64,000 nt of DNA from Cystobasidiomycetes sp. EMM_F5 (GCA_051047955.1 JBPGPT010000001.1:1054001-1118000); one strand, 5' to 3'; positions 36,272-48,531 are shown, numbered from the stretch's first letter. Notes: generated from the sequence alone by a model not told the origin. Numbers and translations: made by a program.

Positions 36272-37149
36272 GTTCGCAGCTTTCTTTTGGGTCGGGACGA
36301 GACGAACAAAGCTGCATCCAAGGTGCTGACCCTTGTTTGAATATGCGCACAGCATACTTGCAGCCGCCTTTCATTACTATCCACGGCCTTTCCCTCCCAC
36401 CACGCCTTGCGCTAGGAATCCACTAGACGCTGCCGCGCACAGCTTGAAGGGCATCTTTTCGACATGCTCACTGCTCGCGGAGCACTCGCGGTCTTCTCAA
36501 CCAAAGAGTCCACACGTACTTCTCCTCCGCTATGTCTGACGAACAGCACTGCGAGAGCGAAGGTTGTGTTGTCGGACATCTTCCTGGGAGCGCTACTAAC
36601 GCCTAATGGTTACCAAAACATCAAGATGTCCAATGCTATCAGTCGAACAACGACACCAGAGCTAGCGTAGAGTCGAGACGCAGGCGACAATCTCAATCGC
36701 GTACAATAAACGCGCACTGGGGGGACGCGAGCGAAAAGAGTCAGTCGATCGAGTACCACGGATACGACGACCCGTTCCGTCCAAATGACTGAACGTAAAG
36801 ACGCTATGACGTCTAGAGGAAGACCATCTCGCTTCTCCAGAGATTCCGTCTAACAAAGACCTTTCGTGTTAGCACTCGCCCACGCGATTACTGCAGAGCA
36901 ATCCGGCAACCCCGAAATCTCCTGTTGTCCTTATCTTTGCTTCGGCTGACACGGTACATAACAAAACATCGAAATCGTTTCAAATTCCCTAGATCTCGAC
37001 AAAACCAGATACCCGCGCCTGCAACATCCTCGTCGCACTCCGCCGGCAGTAGTTTTGTCAGCGTGTCTCCCGTTCCCGACGCATCTCTGCAGCAGTCCCA
37101 TAAGGTCCTCCAATCTGCAAGTAAATCACCCGGTTTGCTGTCCGTCGAA

Positions 37150-39958
37150 ATGTCGGAGGAAACCAAAGTCTCTGCTTTGCCGGAAGCGGGCGCGGCAGCC
37201 TCTCAAGGTTTGATGAACTCCGAATACGCCTGGCGAAAGCGTGGTTTGATGGACCTCATCAACTCTCTCCGTGCGATTGGAGCATCGCTCGATCTTGAGT
37301 AAATATAGCGCGTAGTGTCAGATTGAAACCTCTCTCAGTCGCGTTGCTTTCAGTCTGCCTGTGATCACAGTCATTGGCAATCAGTCCAGCGGGAAATCGT
37401 CTCTCATCGAAGGCATCTCAGGTGTAAGTCCTACTTTCATTGAAATCTATACAGTTGTTTGTTATTCACTAGACAATCGACGCGGCAGATTACGTTGAAA
37501 CGCTCCTCCGGGACATGCACCCATGTTCCGATGGAGGTCCGTACGGAACATACCGTCGATCAGCCCTGGAGCTGCAAAGTCTATCTTAGGGCTCAGACTG
37601 ATGAAGACGGCAATGTCAGCTCCGTCAGCGCTAAAATCCAGGGAGAAACTGACGAAGCATACATCGCAGGCATTGAAGAACATTCGCGAAGTTCAATTCG
37701 GTCCGATCCTCACAGATCCTGATCAGGTCGAGCTGACGCTCCAACGCGCTCAGCTCGCTTTGCTGAACCCGTCTGTCGACGCAAAGGCTTTCGAGACATA
37801 CGATTTTCCACGCGATGAGTCCGTACGCCCTCTCAATTCTAAGAAGCAGCTTGCCTTCTCGCGCAATATAGTTTGTGTCGAGATCCGAAGTCCGAATGTG
37901 ACGGACTTGACTCTCATTGATCTGCTTGGTATCATCTCAATGGTAGGACCCGGAGAGGACAAGTCAAGCATCGGAGAAATTGAGGACATGGCTAAACACT
38001 ACATCTCAAAAGATTGCCTGATAGTTCTCACGATAACAATGAAAGGTCAGCCTTTGTAAGCCATACGGATAGCGCGAGCTGACGGGATCTACCATCAGAC
38101 GACATAAACAACCAGAAAGCTTGTATGCTGGCACAGGAGTTTGATCCGCAGGGCAAGCGGACTATCGGTACGTACCGAGATGGTTGGCTGAAGCGACAGC
38201 CTGTAATGTTACGTGCTGTCTAGGCGTCTTGACTAAGCCGGATACCGTACAAGGATCAGATGTCGACATATGGCTGCCAGTCTTCAAAAACGAGAAGGTC
38301 AAGCTCCAGCATGGTTACTACGTGAATATCACTACTGGTAACATTTCGTTAAACAAGAGAGACTGATTTGAATGACCTAGGTGACACGGCTACCCAACAC
38401 AGATGAACTTGCAGCCAAAATATCTCATGATGCAGCACGAAAGAAAGAAATAGATTTCTTCGCTTCCACCCCGCCTTGGAACACCTTGGATGGGCGCTGG
38501 AAAATGCGTCTTGGAATCGCAAACTTGACGAAGTTTCTCAGTGACGTGCTCTTAGAGATGATCAAAGCAGGGTACGCAAAGGCTACGTGCTCAGGGTTTT
38601 GCCCACTCATTTGACGACAATCAGGCTTCCGGCCATAATGGAGACAATTCAAGCGATATACTTGAAAGCATCCAAAGAGCTCTCGTCAATGCCACCAGAA
38701 CCATCCACAGATCCTGCAGCAGAGCTGCTTATACTTATCAATGCGTTCCACGCAGATTTGTTGGCGGCTACTGAGGGCTACCTCGGATCGGAAGGCCTCA
38801 TCAGAAGGCTCAATGAAGTGTATCGCGAGTTCGGGGAAGCCATCTGGCAAACGGCACCCCGTTTCACTCCGTTTACTAGAGCCGAGATCGACGGAGACGA
38901 AGAGGACGAAATGGACTGCTCGAACCTCCTTGATGATATAGAAGGCGTTGACAAGCTATCGACTTCTCTCGGAGGACAAGCGGCATCGGTCAAAAATCTT
39001 GATGATGTGTCGGAGTCTATTGAGCAGTACGACAAAAGTGACCTAAAAGGCGTTGTAGCTGACCATCGCTTGCCAGATCAATCACGCGGGAACTGCCCAA
39101 CAACGTTCCGTTTGCGTGTAAAGTCGGTCTCATCAAGCACATGGTGTCAACTTGGCCTGCTATTGTTGAAGATACTTTCGAGCAATGTAGGCCAGTAGTT
39201 GAATCCGTTACAGATAACTTGACGTCCAGGCATTTTGCAAAGTACGAATATGGCATGCTTCCAGCTCGAGTGCGGTAAGTGCGCTCTTCGAAAATGGGTC
39301 AATCAGTCAAGGTGACATATGCATAGGGCAATCATAGAGGAGAAATGCGCCGAATTGGCCCTCAATACGGAGGCCATGTTGAAATGGCACGCCAAAGTAG
39401 AATTGCGGCCATACACACAAAGCCGCTTTTACATTACAGACATCAAAACAAAATTCCTGGCACGACTGCGAGACGAGCGAGCAAGGGTGACTGATGACGA
39501 TGAGGATTCTCACGTATCGGAGAAAAGTGCAAAGTTGGCTGTCCAGCATTTGACGGAAGCCGGATATAAAAACATCAAGCTAAGCGATCTGGAGAAGCTT
39601 CGTCAGGTGGAACCGTTTGAGCGGGAGCTTGATGTCATGGCCGAAGTTCGAGCATACTACCAAGTTGCATACAAGGTGTGTGACCGGAGAGCCTGCCCAT
39701 TTGAATGACTGACGAGTCGCAATAAAGCGTTTCGTCGATAATGTTCCGATCACAATCGATGCCGAGTACATCCGCGTTATTGCATCCGCAATCCGCGATG
39801 TCATGGTGAAGGAGCTAGTCGCCCCGGGTCCCGACGTTGCTAAGAGATTGCTAGCGGAAGCTCCAACTACTACAAATGCCCGCAATGAGCTGATCGAGAA
39901 ACGCAAGCGTATTGGACTTGCCAAGGAGGAGATACGAAAGTACGGCCTTAAATTTTGA
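37150..39958 (+). CDS. Dynamin-superfamily GTPase, Mx-like fungal clade (multi-exon)
   Basis: LPVITVIGNQSSGKSSLIEGISG (G1), SGTCT (G2), LIDLLG (G3), GVLTKPD (G4), SITRELPNNVPF, GED MAEVRAYYQVAYK|RFVDNVP. Confidence 0.88.
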
Positions 39959-40240
39959 GCTGGGATTAAGATCGTTGTGGCCGGATTGTTTGAAATGAAA
40001 CGTCTGCAGTAAAGAAGCGGGAGCACTCGATAAATCTAGCAGGATCTGTCAAACGTTGTGACGTTCAGAGTGCAAGCCACCAGCGCGCTCTCCAACAATC
40101 TGGCGAAGACGCGGTATAAACGCTTTTGACTTGCGCACGATGCGAGAGCAATGCAGTCTGCGCTATGATTACTACTAACGCTCAAAGTGATGGAATACGT
40201 TGTCATCGCCATCCTGCTCGCTCCGCTCGGTGCTTTCGTT

Positions 40241-40625
40241 TTAAACACAACCTGCACTGTCCGGATGTGTGTCGCACCAGGTACTGTGGCCCGTATCACG
40301 CTTGACCTTGCAGCTGGCGCTGTTCGGATGCATATCGCAGTATGTACTGTGTGCCGTATCGCGCTGTACTACATTAGCTAAGGACGAGGTCAGCTTCAGC
40401 GTCCAGTGTGAATAGATCGTAGCGTAGTGAATGACAAACCAGATTCATCGTTATTGACTGCGTGACGACGCTACAGACAATATCAGCGGAGGCTCTTATT
40501 GGACCACAGTAGACGCTCACCTGGACGCCACCACCTCTGCCGCGCCCTGCTGCTGCTGGGCTGTAGGCGAGTGCGCTCATTGTGCCAAGTCCACCGACGA
40601 GGATGAAAGCGCTGATGAGCTTCAT
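40241..40625 (-). CDS. Small secreted repeat-peptide precursor (KEX2-processed repeat protein-like), 90 aa, 3 exons
   Basis: Exons 40625-40521, 40470-40440 and 40377-40241, with GT-AG introns carrying GCTGAT and GCTGAC branch points. Translation: MKLISAFILVGGLGTMSALAYSPAAAGRGRGGGVQRRHAVNNDESANVVQRDTAHSTYCDMHPNSASCKVKRDTGHSTWCDTHPDSAGCV*. Confidence 0.82.
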
Positions 40626-41048
40626 GTTGATGTCAAAGATAAGTGTGTGGTTGTAAATGTGCTGGAAGAGTGAGTACACTGAAAAGGAGAGACATTGCCA
40701 AACAAGGCCGTACTGCCCGACCTGGTGGACCGCAAGCGACCCGGACCTTGAAGGGTTATAGATCATTATTGGGCACGAGGATCGAACGCATGCGCTGAAT
40801 ACTTTCTCTTTAGCTTTGTGACTTTGCTTCATAGCGATTTCGTCAGCTTAGCTACGCTTGCGATATGATATTTGGTTGTTGTTAGAGGGAATCGTGTGTC
40901 TCTTACAATCCAAAAACAGGGCACAGCGGCGGGACAATAAGAGGAAGCAGTGTAGCAGCAGTAAGGTGCGGGAAGATGAGATGGACAGGCGGGAGTGAGT
41001 AGGATGGCTTCAGAGAGCGGGAAAGCGGGGAAACCGTTCTCAGCCTTC

Positions 41049-41230
41049 CTCGACTTGGATTCTTCCGGACCTTCAAAGAGGGTCTAAGGGTTTCTAAAAG
41101 GTTGTCAGCGAGCTAACATCTCGGTAGTCAGTGTACTGAGTGGTGCAGTACAGGCCCGCCCTCGCTGCAATTGTGCTGTGACCCTCTAGGCTTCTGAGAC
41201 TTGTCCAAGAAATACTTGATCGAGATTTTT
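41049..41230 (+). other. Candidate long imperfect RNA hairpin upstream of RPS0
   Basis: Nested complementary segments CTCGA/TCGAG, CTTGGA/TCCAAG, AGAGGGTC/GACCCTCT, CAGCGAG/CTCGCTG, TGTACTG/CAGTACA, followed by T5. Confidence 0.4.
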
Positions 41231-41299
41231 CCTGCGAGAGCGAGGCGGCTCCCGAGACTGCGACATTGTCTGTCGTTTCTGCACAAGCAATACGCAAAC

Positions 41300-42326
41300 A
41301 TGTCTGCGACTCGTCACCCATCAGTCTTTGATCTCACTCAGGAGGATGCTGCACTCCTCCTCGCCGCCCAGGCGCACATTGGCGGCAAGGCTGTCGACAC
41401 CAAAATGAGCAACTACGTCTACAAGCGTCGCGCCGATGGTGAGTGTGGGATGACTGATAGGTAGAGGGATAATAATGCTAATGAGCGTACCCGCTCCGTC
41501 CGCAGGCATCAACATTATCAACGTCCAGAAGACTTGGGAAAAGATTGTCCTGGCCGCACGTGTCATTGCTGCCATCGAGAACCCCATCGACGTCTGCGCA
41601 GTCTCTGCTCGTCCTTACGGTCACCGTGCAGTCCTCAAGTTTGCCGCCAACACTGGTGCTCAGGCTATTGCTGGTCGATTCACCCCGGGTTCATTCACAA
41701 ATTACATCACCCGCTCATTCAAGGAGCCGCGTCTCATTATCGTGACTGACCCCCGCGTCGACCACCAAGCTATCCGCGAGGCTTCGTACGTCAACATTCC
41801 AGTCATTGCGCTCTGCGACACCGACTCTCCTCTCAAGTTTGTCGACATTGCTATCCCGACAAACAACAAGAGCAAGCACTCTATCGGTCTGATCTGGTGG
41901 CTCCTCTGCCGTGAGGTTCTCCGCATTCGCGGAACCGTAGGACGTGCCCCGAGCGACTGGGAAGTCATGGTCGACATGTTCTTCTACCGTGACCCAGAGG
42001 TGAGTCGTAAGACATTAATGATCAGGGCTCTCGGACACGAGCTTACAGTGGCTATGTCTCGTCAGGAAATTGACCGCGAGACTGCCGAGAAGGCTGCCCT
42101 GGCTGCCGCTGCTGATGGCGGCGTTGCCGAGATTGGCGGACAGGCTGCTCAAGCCATGGCCAGCAGCGACTGGGAGATCTCTGCCACTGCTGGTGGAGGT
42201 GCAGGTGCAGCTGCCACTGCTGGTCTTCAGGGCGGTGATGACGCCGGCTGGGGAGCCGAGACTACAACCGATTGGGCAGCTGACCAGCCAGCCACGACCA
42301 CCGCGGGCCCTACCGGCTGGGAGTAA
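41300..42326 (+). CDS. RPS0: 40S ribosomal protein uS2 (S0/SA)
   Basis: [74 protein letters not shown]. Introns 41439-41505 and 42000-42065. Confidence 0.97.
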
Positions 42327-42504
42327 AGTGGAACGCTCAGTGCGCATCAAGCGTATCAAGATTGGAATGAAAGCAAAAGGGTGCCTTCAAACGAAAGTCT
42401 AGGCAACCCACCCAATTCCTACCTTCCTCTCCTACATCCTTCGATTCGACCTACATCACTACATTTTCCCCTACTCTTCCTCCTTACTCTCCTCGAACAA
42501 AGCC

Positions 42505-42750
42505 GTAGGGAGGTCGTTAGAGGCGGTTTGCGCGTTTGGCAGTGTTGGCTTTTTCCCATCTGGCAGTTTCTGATCTCTGTAAACGAATCGCCTCTCCCCC
42601 TTTATAACGCGTTCGAGACCCCGTCTACATTCTTAGTCGGATCTCGTCCAGTCTAGTGAGAAGCCGCTCCGTTTGAGCCTCGGTTCCGTTGTCTTCGATT
42701 AGATCTGCTGAGATGGGGAGCCACACTCCCGTGGAAAAAACTGCGACTAC
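42505..42750 (+). other. Candidate multi-stem structured RNA downstream of RPS0
   Basis: 12-bp stem AGAGGCGGTTTG (42519-42530) / CGAATCGCCTCT (42584-42595) with two G-U pairs; hairpin GGGAG-CCACA-CTCCC; possible closing stem GGTCGT/GCGACT. Confidence 0.3.
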
Positions 42751-43013
42751 CTAGTAATCTGTCTGTGCCCTCTTCTGTCACTTTTAACCATGCTTGCATC
42801 ATCATGCCTCCGCGACGTCATCATTGTCCGAGATATGTGCACATTTTTGCGGGTCGCGACTAGTTTGCGCGTCTTTGTTTTTTTGTTTTTCGCTCAACAC
42901 GCGCTGCGTTCCTCGGGATTTCGGGACGAATGACAAACACACAAGTCAAGCTGGGTTGCACTTTGCTGGACAAGCTGCAGATGCCTGGCTGGCTGGCTGG
43001 CTTATGAGCAACG

Positions 43014-46000
43014 ATGAAACTGAAGATTGCGTACAGTATTGTCAGCCAGGCAATAGGTACCGCTGGCGGCAGCGAACGGAGGACTCATATCGCCCGAGCG
43101 AAAGACGCGGCAACACTGGAGTTGCTAGGACAAGATAGCGATATTGATCCTGCGCTGAGCGGCCCGCCGTCATTTGCAACTGTCACCATCAAGTCGTGCA
43201 TCAGTCTGCTCTGCTGTTCGAGACCCGATCTCGTTCCAGGTCCAGAGTCCGACTATGCCGTTTCTGCGCTAGACCCGACGGAGATTAGCGAAGACGATGG
43301 AGGCAAGGTGTTTGAAGGAATGGGCATGATGTCCTGGCTTTTGGCCGAAAAGGAGCCAGGGCAAACCAGAGTCGTGGGGAAAGTTGTGGCGCCAAAGTAC
43401 CCTCATTCTGCGACGTCCAGCAATACAAGCACTGCAGATATGACGTTGGAAGTTGTCCTGGAACTTATGCCTGTAGGTTGACTTATCCGACAACAGACGA
43501 GAGAATCCTGATATTGATGCTCTCTTATCACACTGACAACTCGATGACTGTCCGCAGCGCAAGCCAATTCTGCAAACGGAATTTGTCTCCTCTTTATCAT
43601 CTTCGAAGCCGGTAACGCAAAAAATGCCTCTTCCGCCGAAGCCAGAGATTCGGACGCAGCAATCTTTGCTAGCTGAACTTGTCGCAAACATTCAGACGCA
43701 ACAGCAGGATGCTGCCATCTCCACTCCGGCTTTACAGCTCTTACGACAGCTTGTAGAGAAGGCCGAGGAGCTTCCACCACCTATCAATAGTAGTTCCCGT
43801 ATTGCTATACCCAAGAAGGCTGGTCGACCACGCAAGAACAAGTCGATATCGTTAGAAGCACCGGAGGCAGGGGGCTTTGTTCCTATCGTCCTCCCGGAAG
43901 TAGATCTCTCGTTGCGACACCGTAAGACTGCGTCGAACCCTTTGATCGAGGCAAACATCGCACAACCTGCGAAGCCGACATACGCAACATCTCCAGTGAT
44001 CGCACAGTTCCGTCACGATGATCTGCAGCGTCCAATAGCATCCACATCCGCTCATTCGAGCACGCAGGAATCAGTAGACGTCCCCAAAAAATTGAGATAC
44101 TGGGCAGCAGGGTGCTGCAATTGCGGAAAAACGGAAAGTCACGGCTGGAGGACGCGCAAGAAGCGCAAGCGACCATTGCATCTGCAGTCCAAATCGAGCA
44201 ACGGCAGTGAGGTAGATGCAAGCATCGATGCATGGCAAAATATGGATGAAGCGAAAGCCAAGCTGTGTGAAGGTATGTTGAACGTTACATTGCATCTGCT
44301 GAAGCCGTTGGAAGCTAATTGGACACATAGAATGTGCGTCCAACCTACCAAGCGTGCAATTATCAAAGGCATTGCGGGAAAAGAACTTGGCAAGTCGAAT
44401 CGAAAGCGAGAGCGAGACTGTCGGCACCTTGCCGCCATCGCCAAGTAGCCGCGTGAATCGTACAAAGTACGCACAATCGTCGCCGGTCCAGCGACGGAGC
44501 ACAAACGGTGCCGCTGCTCTCGATGTTCCCCTCTTTACGAGTAGGGGCTCGATAGCGCAGACCTCGCCGCCTCGCAGACAAGCCCGTTTGTCCGCCGGCA
44601 ATTCAATTACGCATCTGCTGAATATAGTGTCAGGAGATGACGAAAGTGATGACAGTCAACCTCCGGAACGACGCTTGAAGAAGCGCCCGAAGCTTAGCCG
44701 GGACTCGGCGCTATCGAAAGCTGCATTAAAAGCCCAGGAGCGCAACAAAATCGACCCTGCGTCCCTTGAAAATCGGACAGAAGGCGATTCTGCCTCCACT
44801 CTCGACAAGCTTATGTCTTTGCCCCTAGAGATTTCGCCTAACTTGTCGAAACTGGATGCCAGCACAGCTGCTACAATCTTTGGCCCGTCTAGCGAATTTG
44901 CAAGCTTTGGAGACAACCTCGCACCCAATACAGGCGTGGCAATGGATGATTTGCTGTTTGCTGACCTAGACGTTGCCAGCGTCCCGCAACATTTATCAGA
45001 ATTCCTGATGAATGCCTCTCCAGGAACGGCAATGCGCGCTGTTCTGGGCGAAAGCGGCCCAAAAGGTTCAGTGTCACCTGGCAAAATGTTAGCTGCCTAT
45101 CTGACGGATGTGAATGTCCCGCTTTTGTCCGGCTCACCAATGTCGCGGCCGAAAATTGCAAGTACCTCGGCGGACCTCGGGATGCTATTTTCGCCTGGCT
45201 TTACGTCTTCATTATCCACGCCATTGCGGCAAGCTCTACTATCTACTGGATCGCCGTCTCTTGGCTCTAAAGGCCGATCCATCTCTGAAGAACCACCATC
45301 TTCGCACATCCGCTTCCAAGAAAATATCGATACAAACAAACATATCAGCTCCGATGACAATTTGTTGGGCAGCAGACTACTGCAAATCAACTTATTGCCC
45401 GCGACGGTTGATCGACAGCGGAACAACGCTGCTTCTGCCGATGCTGTTGCTGCAGACAGCGCAGCACCCGGATCGGATATTTACGTAGATGACTTTTCAG
45501 ACTTCTTGGCAAGGGCTGGGTCCTCGCTATTTTCACCCTCTCCGCCTCGAGCTACACGGGCGTTCGGCGCGAGCGTTTTGCAATCCCCGCTCAAGCATCG
45601 CGCAAAAACAGATTCCATTCAAGACTTGACATTATTGAAACCTTCTCTGCCACCGCTTGCTCGCCAGCGCAGTCAGCTATATCAGAGCGCTGGCGTTGCT
45701 ACGGATAACGACTCAGATAGCGGATCTGCCTTTGACCTGAAGGACCTGCCACCTTCTTCCCCGCCCCCTCTTCCAAGCCGTATGAGTTCCCTTCGTGTTG
45801 GCAACTATCTTCACGGCATTACCTCGTCCCTGAATGGCAATCAACACGGCAATGTCAGCGATGTTGATAGTCCAATCAGCGTCGCGACTACCGCAACTCC
45901 GCAAGACAGTCTGTTCGGCGGTAGCACAATGTACAATAACGACAGCTTCTACAACTTCACAGAAGATGCAACGCCAGTCGCGCAGACCAGCTTCCAGGAT

Positions 46001-46393
46001 CAGACAGCAGCCGCACAGATCGCCGATAGAGTCCGCACAGTCACGAGTAAATCGACTAGTAGTGACTTGGTCGATCTGAGCACAGTGTCTACGTACACGA
46101 CGAATGTCCAGCAAGATGAAATGCTTCTCGAGCAGATTCAGTGCGAGGATCCGCTACTCAGCTATTTCACAAGCCAAGCCCCACCAAAGACAGCTGCGGC
46201 ACATCCATCGCCGCTAGACAGCGCCGGGAGCACAGTCGGCATGACCTGGTCAGATTCTGCGGCAAGCAATTCATCGTTCTATTCCTTAAACAGCGACATT
46301 ATACGTGTCGACACCAAGACCGTCGGTGAAAGGCAACAGAAGCATCGCTGGATTTCTTATACACAGGAGGATTCGCCAGCACAAGACGACTAG
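43014..46393 (+). CDS. Ams2/Spt21-like GATA-type zinc-finger transcription factor
   Basis: N-terminal MKLKIAYSI...TIKSCISLLCCSRPDLV...DYAVSALDPTE...VFEGMGMMSWLL (Ams2/Spt21 N-domain pattern). CCNCGKTESHGWR...KLCE|ECA GATA-like finger. Long Ser/Pro-rich tail. Confidence 0.68.
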
Positions 46394-46632
46394 AAAGACA
46401 GCTATCATCACTCGCGCTCAGGATACACTTCTTTATGGTGATTTGACGGCATACAAAAGATTGGCTACATTCCATCTTAGATCATGGAAGTGCGCCTTTC
46501 ACGATTCATTACATGATGGCATTGAGAAGCGTTGTAATGAGGTAGAGCAGCATTAAACCCCGCACGTTTGAAAGCTTTGAATTTCCCTAAGTGTCCTTGG
46601 TGCACTATTTGCTTGAACCGCAGATGTTCGTC

Positions 46633-48531
46633 TTACGGCAACCCGACACCTTGATACGAAGGAAGCTTGAAGACGTTCCGCGGATCGTATGTCTTCTTGA
46701 TACTCTGTAGCTTGGCATAACTGGAGCCGTAGTAGAGCCTTTGAGCATCCGATGCAGCGAGATTTGTATCGATGTAGCTGGAAACGATACGACTCGGAGT
46801 AAGAAGAGTAAGAACATTGTCCCGGATAAAATGCAAGTCGCACTGACTTTTGATAAGCCTCGTATGGCCATCCACTCGACATCGACCCAGTGATGCTTTG
46901 TACCATTCCATTCACGAGATTGGTTCCAGTCGAGCTGTATGGAAGTCCGTCTGTTGACGAATCAGTATCGCTGTCCTATCTCTCTTCGATGAATGACCTA
47001 CAATTATAGGAGCTCGCATAGAATTGGATTGTAAATAGACTGCTTCGATGTACAAAAGCCGTAGCAGATGCGGGAACTGCATTGATTTGGGAGTTTTGAC
47101 CGCCATAGAGCTCTACTTGCACGAACCAGCGGGCTTGTCCATTATTGACGGCATCGAATCCATTGGTAGCCAGGTAATTGCTGAAGCTAGTCAAAGCGGT
47201 AGATGTCATGGGAGCCGACTCGGGCGTCATGATGGACTTGGCGTAGAATGTATCCTGATAGTCGGACTGCTTGGAAGTATCCAGGTTCTGATTGCCTGCG
47301 AGCAGCTGAAGCGTGTCTTTCCAGCTCTGACTCGTGACACGCGAGGTGGAAGTGGCCGGGAAATTGGTCAACAGAGGTGCAACGACGCTGTCTTCGAATG
47401 TGCTTTGGCTACCGATGTATGTGATCGTGAAGCTACTGCTGATGGTACCTCGCCGAGATCCCGCAAACATGTTCAGGGTGCTTCCCCACTCCCTCGGGGC
47501 GGTCTCGGAGAATTGCTGATATGCCGCCAACATGGAAGATGTCACATTGACGGGCTGGTTCTATTAAGAGCAAAGAGAGCATTCAGTCAGCGTACAAGGC
47601 CACCTCCGTCCTGCCTCAACGCAAGACGCACGTCCCAAGTATAGACAGCATATACTACGCTGCTGGGAGCAGCATGAGTCTTCAGCCCAAAGGCAGTCAC
47701 AATACCATACGAGCCACCAGCGCCTCGCATGGCGTAGAAGAGGTCGGCGGAGGTGGACGCGGAGATGTTGCAAATTTGACCGTCGAAAGTCACCACTTCC
47801 AGCGAATTGACCTGATCCACAACCATGCCCCAGTTGCGTGAAAAGAAGCCAAACCCTCCATAAATCGCGCTGAAGAAGATGTTTGGTTACCTGAATTCAC
47901 GAGGTACCTCCGTTACTCAAGCTTACTGGCCACCAATGCCGACATACGGGCACACACCGTGTGCTACCGCTCGTCCCTGTGAATTCAAGGCGAGTGCAAC
48001 GTCGCCGAGCTTTGCTCCGCCCCCTACGGTTGCGTACTGTAAATAAACGCTTAGCTGGCTGAAACATTTGACTCCACTTTAACAGCTTACCTCGCCAGAG
48101 ACTGTGACCTTGTTGAGCTGTTTGAGGTCAATGAGAATATGATAGTTCTCGCCGCCGAGAGCATTGGAAGCGTAGGAATGGCCACCTCCTCTTGCGTTGA
48201 TCCAATAGGCAGCATCGACGCCGCACTTGACAGCAGATGCTACTTGTTGAGCGGATGTCGGCTGGACCACAGCAATGGGCGTGTACGAGATCCTGTGAAC
48301 GTCAACCATGAGTTCAGTTCGTTGAAAGCTTGTTGTTGTAAGAAGCCAAATAACGCACCTCTGATTGAACGGCTTGATGGCAGACGACCACGTACTACCG
48401 CTGGAGCTGGTCAGGTACTGTATGCCAGCGTTACCTAGGCATGACTTCAGGTAATTGAGATTGCCAGGACCTTGAGCAACTGCTGCAGTCGTGAACCAAG
48501 CCGCAGCCAGGAGAAGTTGACGTACAGACAT
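46633..48531 (-). CDS. Secreted FAD-linked oxidase, berberine-bridge/gluco-oligosaccharide oxidase family (CAZy AA7), copy A
   Basis: Signal peptide; ARGGGHSY; AVAHGVCPYVGIGGH (His and Cys for bicovalent FAD); DLFYAMRGAGGSYGIVT; BBE domain YQN|YID...YYGSSYAKLQSIKKTYDPRNVF. Confidence 0.9.

Noticed and set aside
36400..37100. Short ORFs between the DUF3844 gene and the dynamin
   Set aside because: No motifs or coherent exon chain; treated as a divergent promoter/UTR region.
40241..40625. Peptide precursor as a basidiomycete lipopeptide mating pheromone or a dikaritin cluster
   Set aside because: It has a signal peptide and ends AGCV* (no CAAX). There is no STE3 receptor, DUF3328 or tyrosinase gene in the window. 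The CP12-like C-x3-P-x4-C spacing is probably coincidental.
40374..40832. 152-aa ORF from the track as the real protein
   Set aside because: It is read-through of the 5' region and two introns of the 90-aa precursor.
41085..41096. Telomerase RNA template (AAACCCTTA on minus)
   Set aside because: It does not match a 1.5x TTAGGG template, and no supporting elements are seen.
42505..42760. RNase P/MRP, U3 or U14 identity for the downstream structured region
   Set aside because: Only partial resemblances (P4-like pairing, GTGAGAAGCCG, CGCAGTTT on minus). The P1 helix and properly placed C/D boxes are missing.
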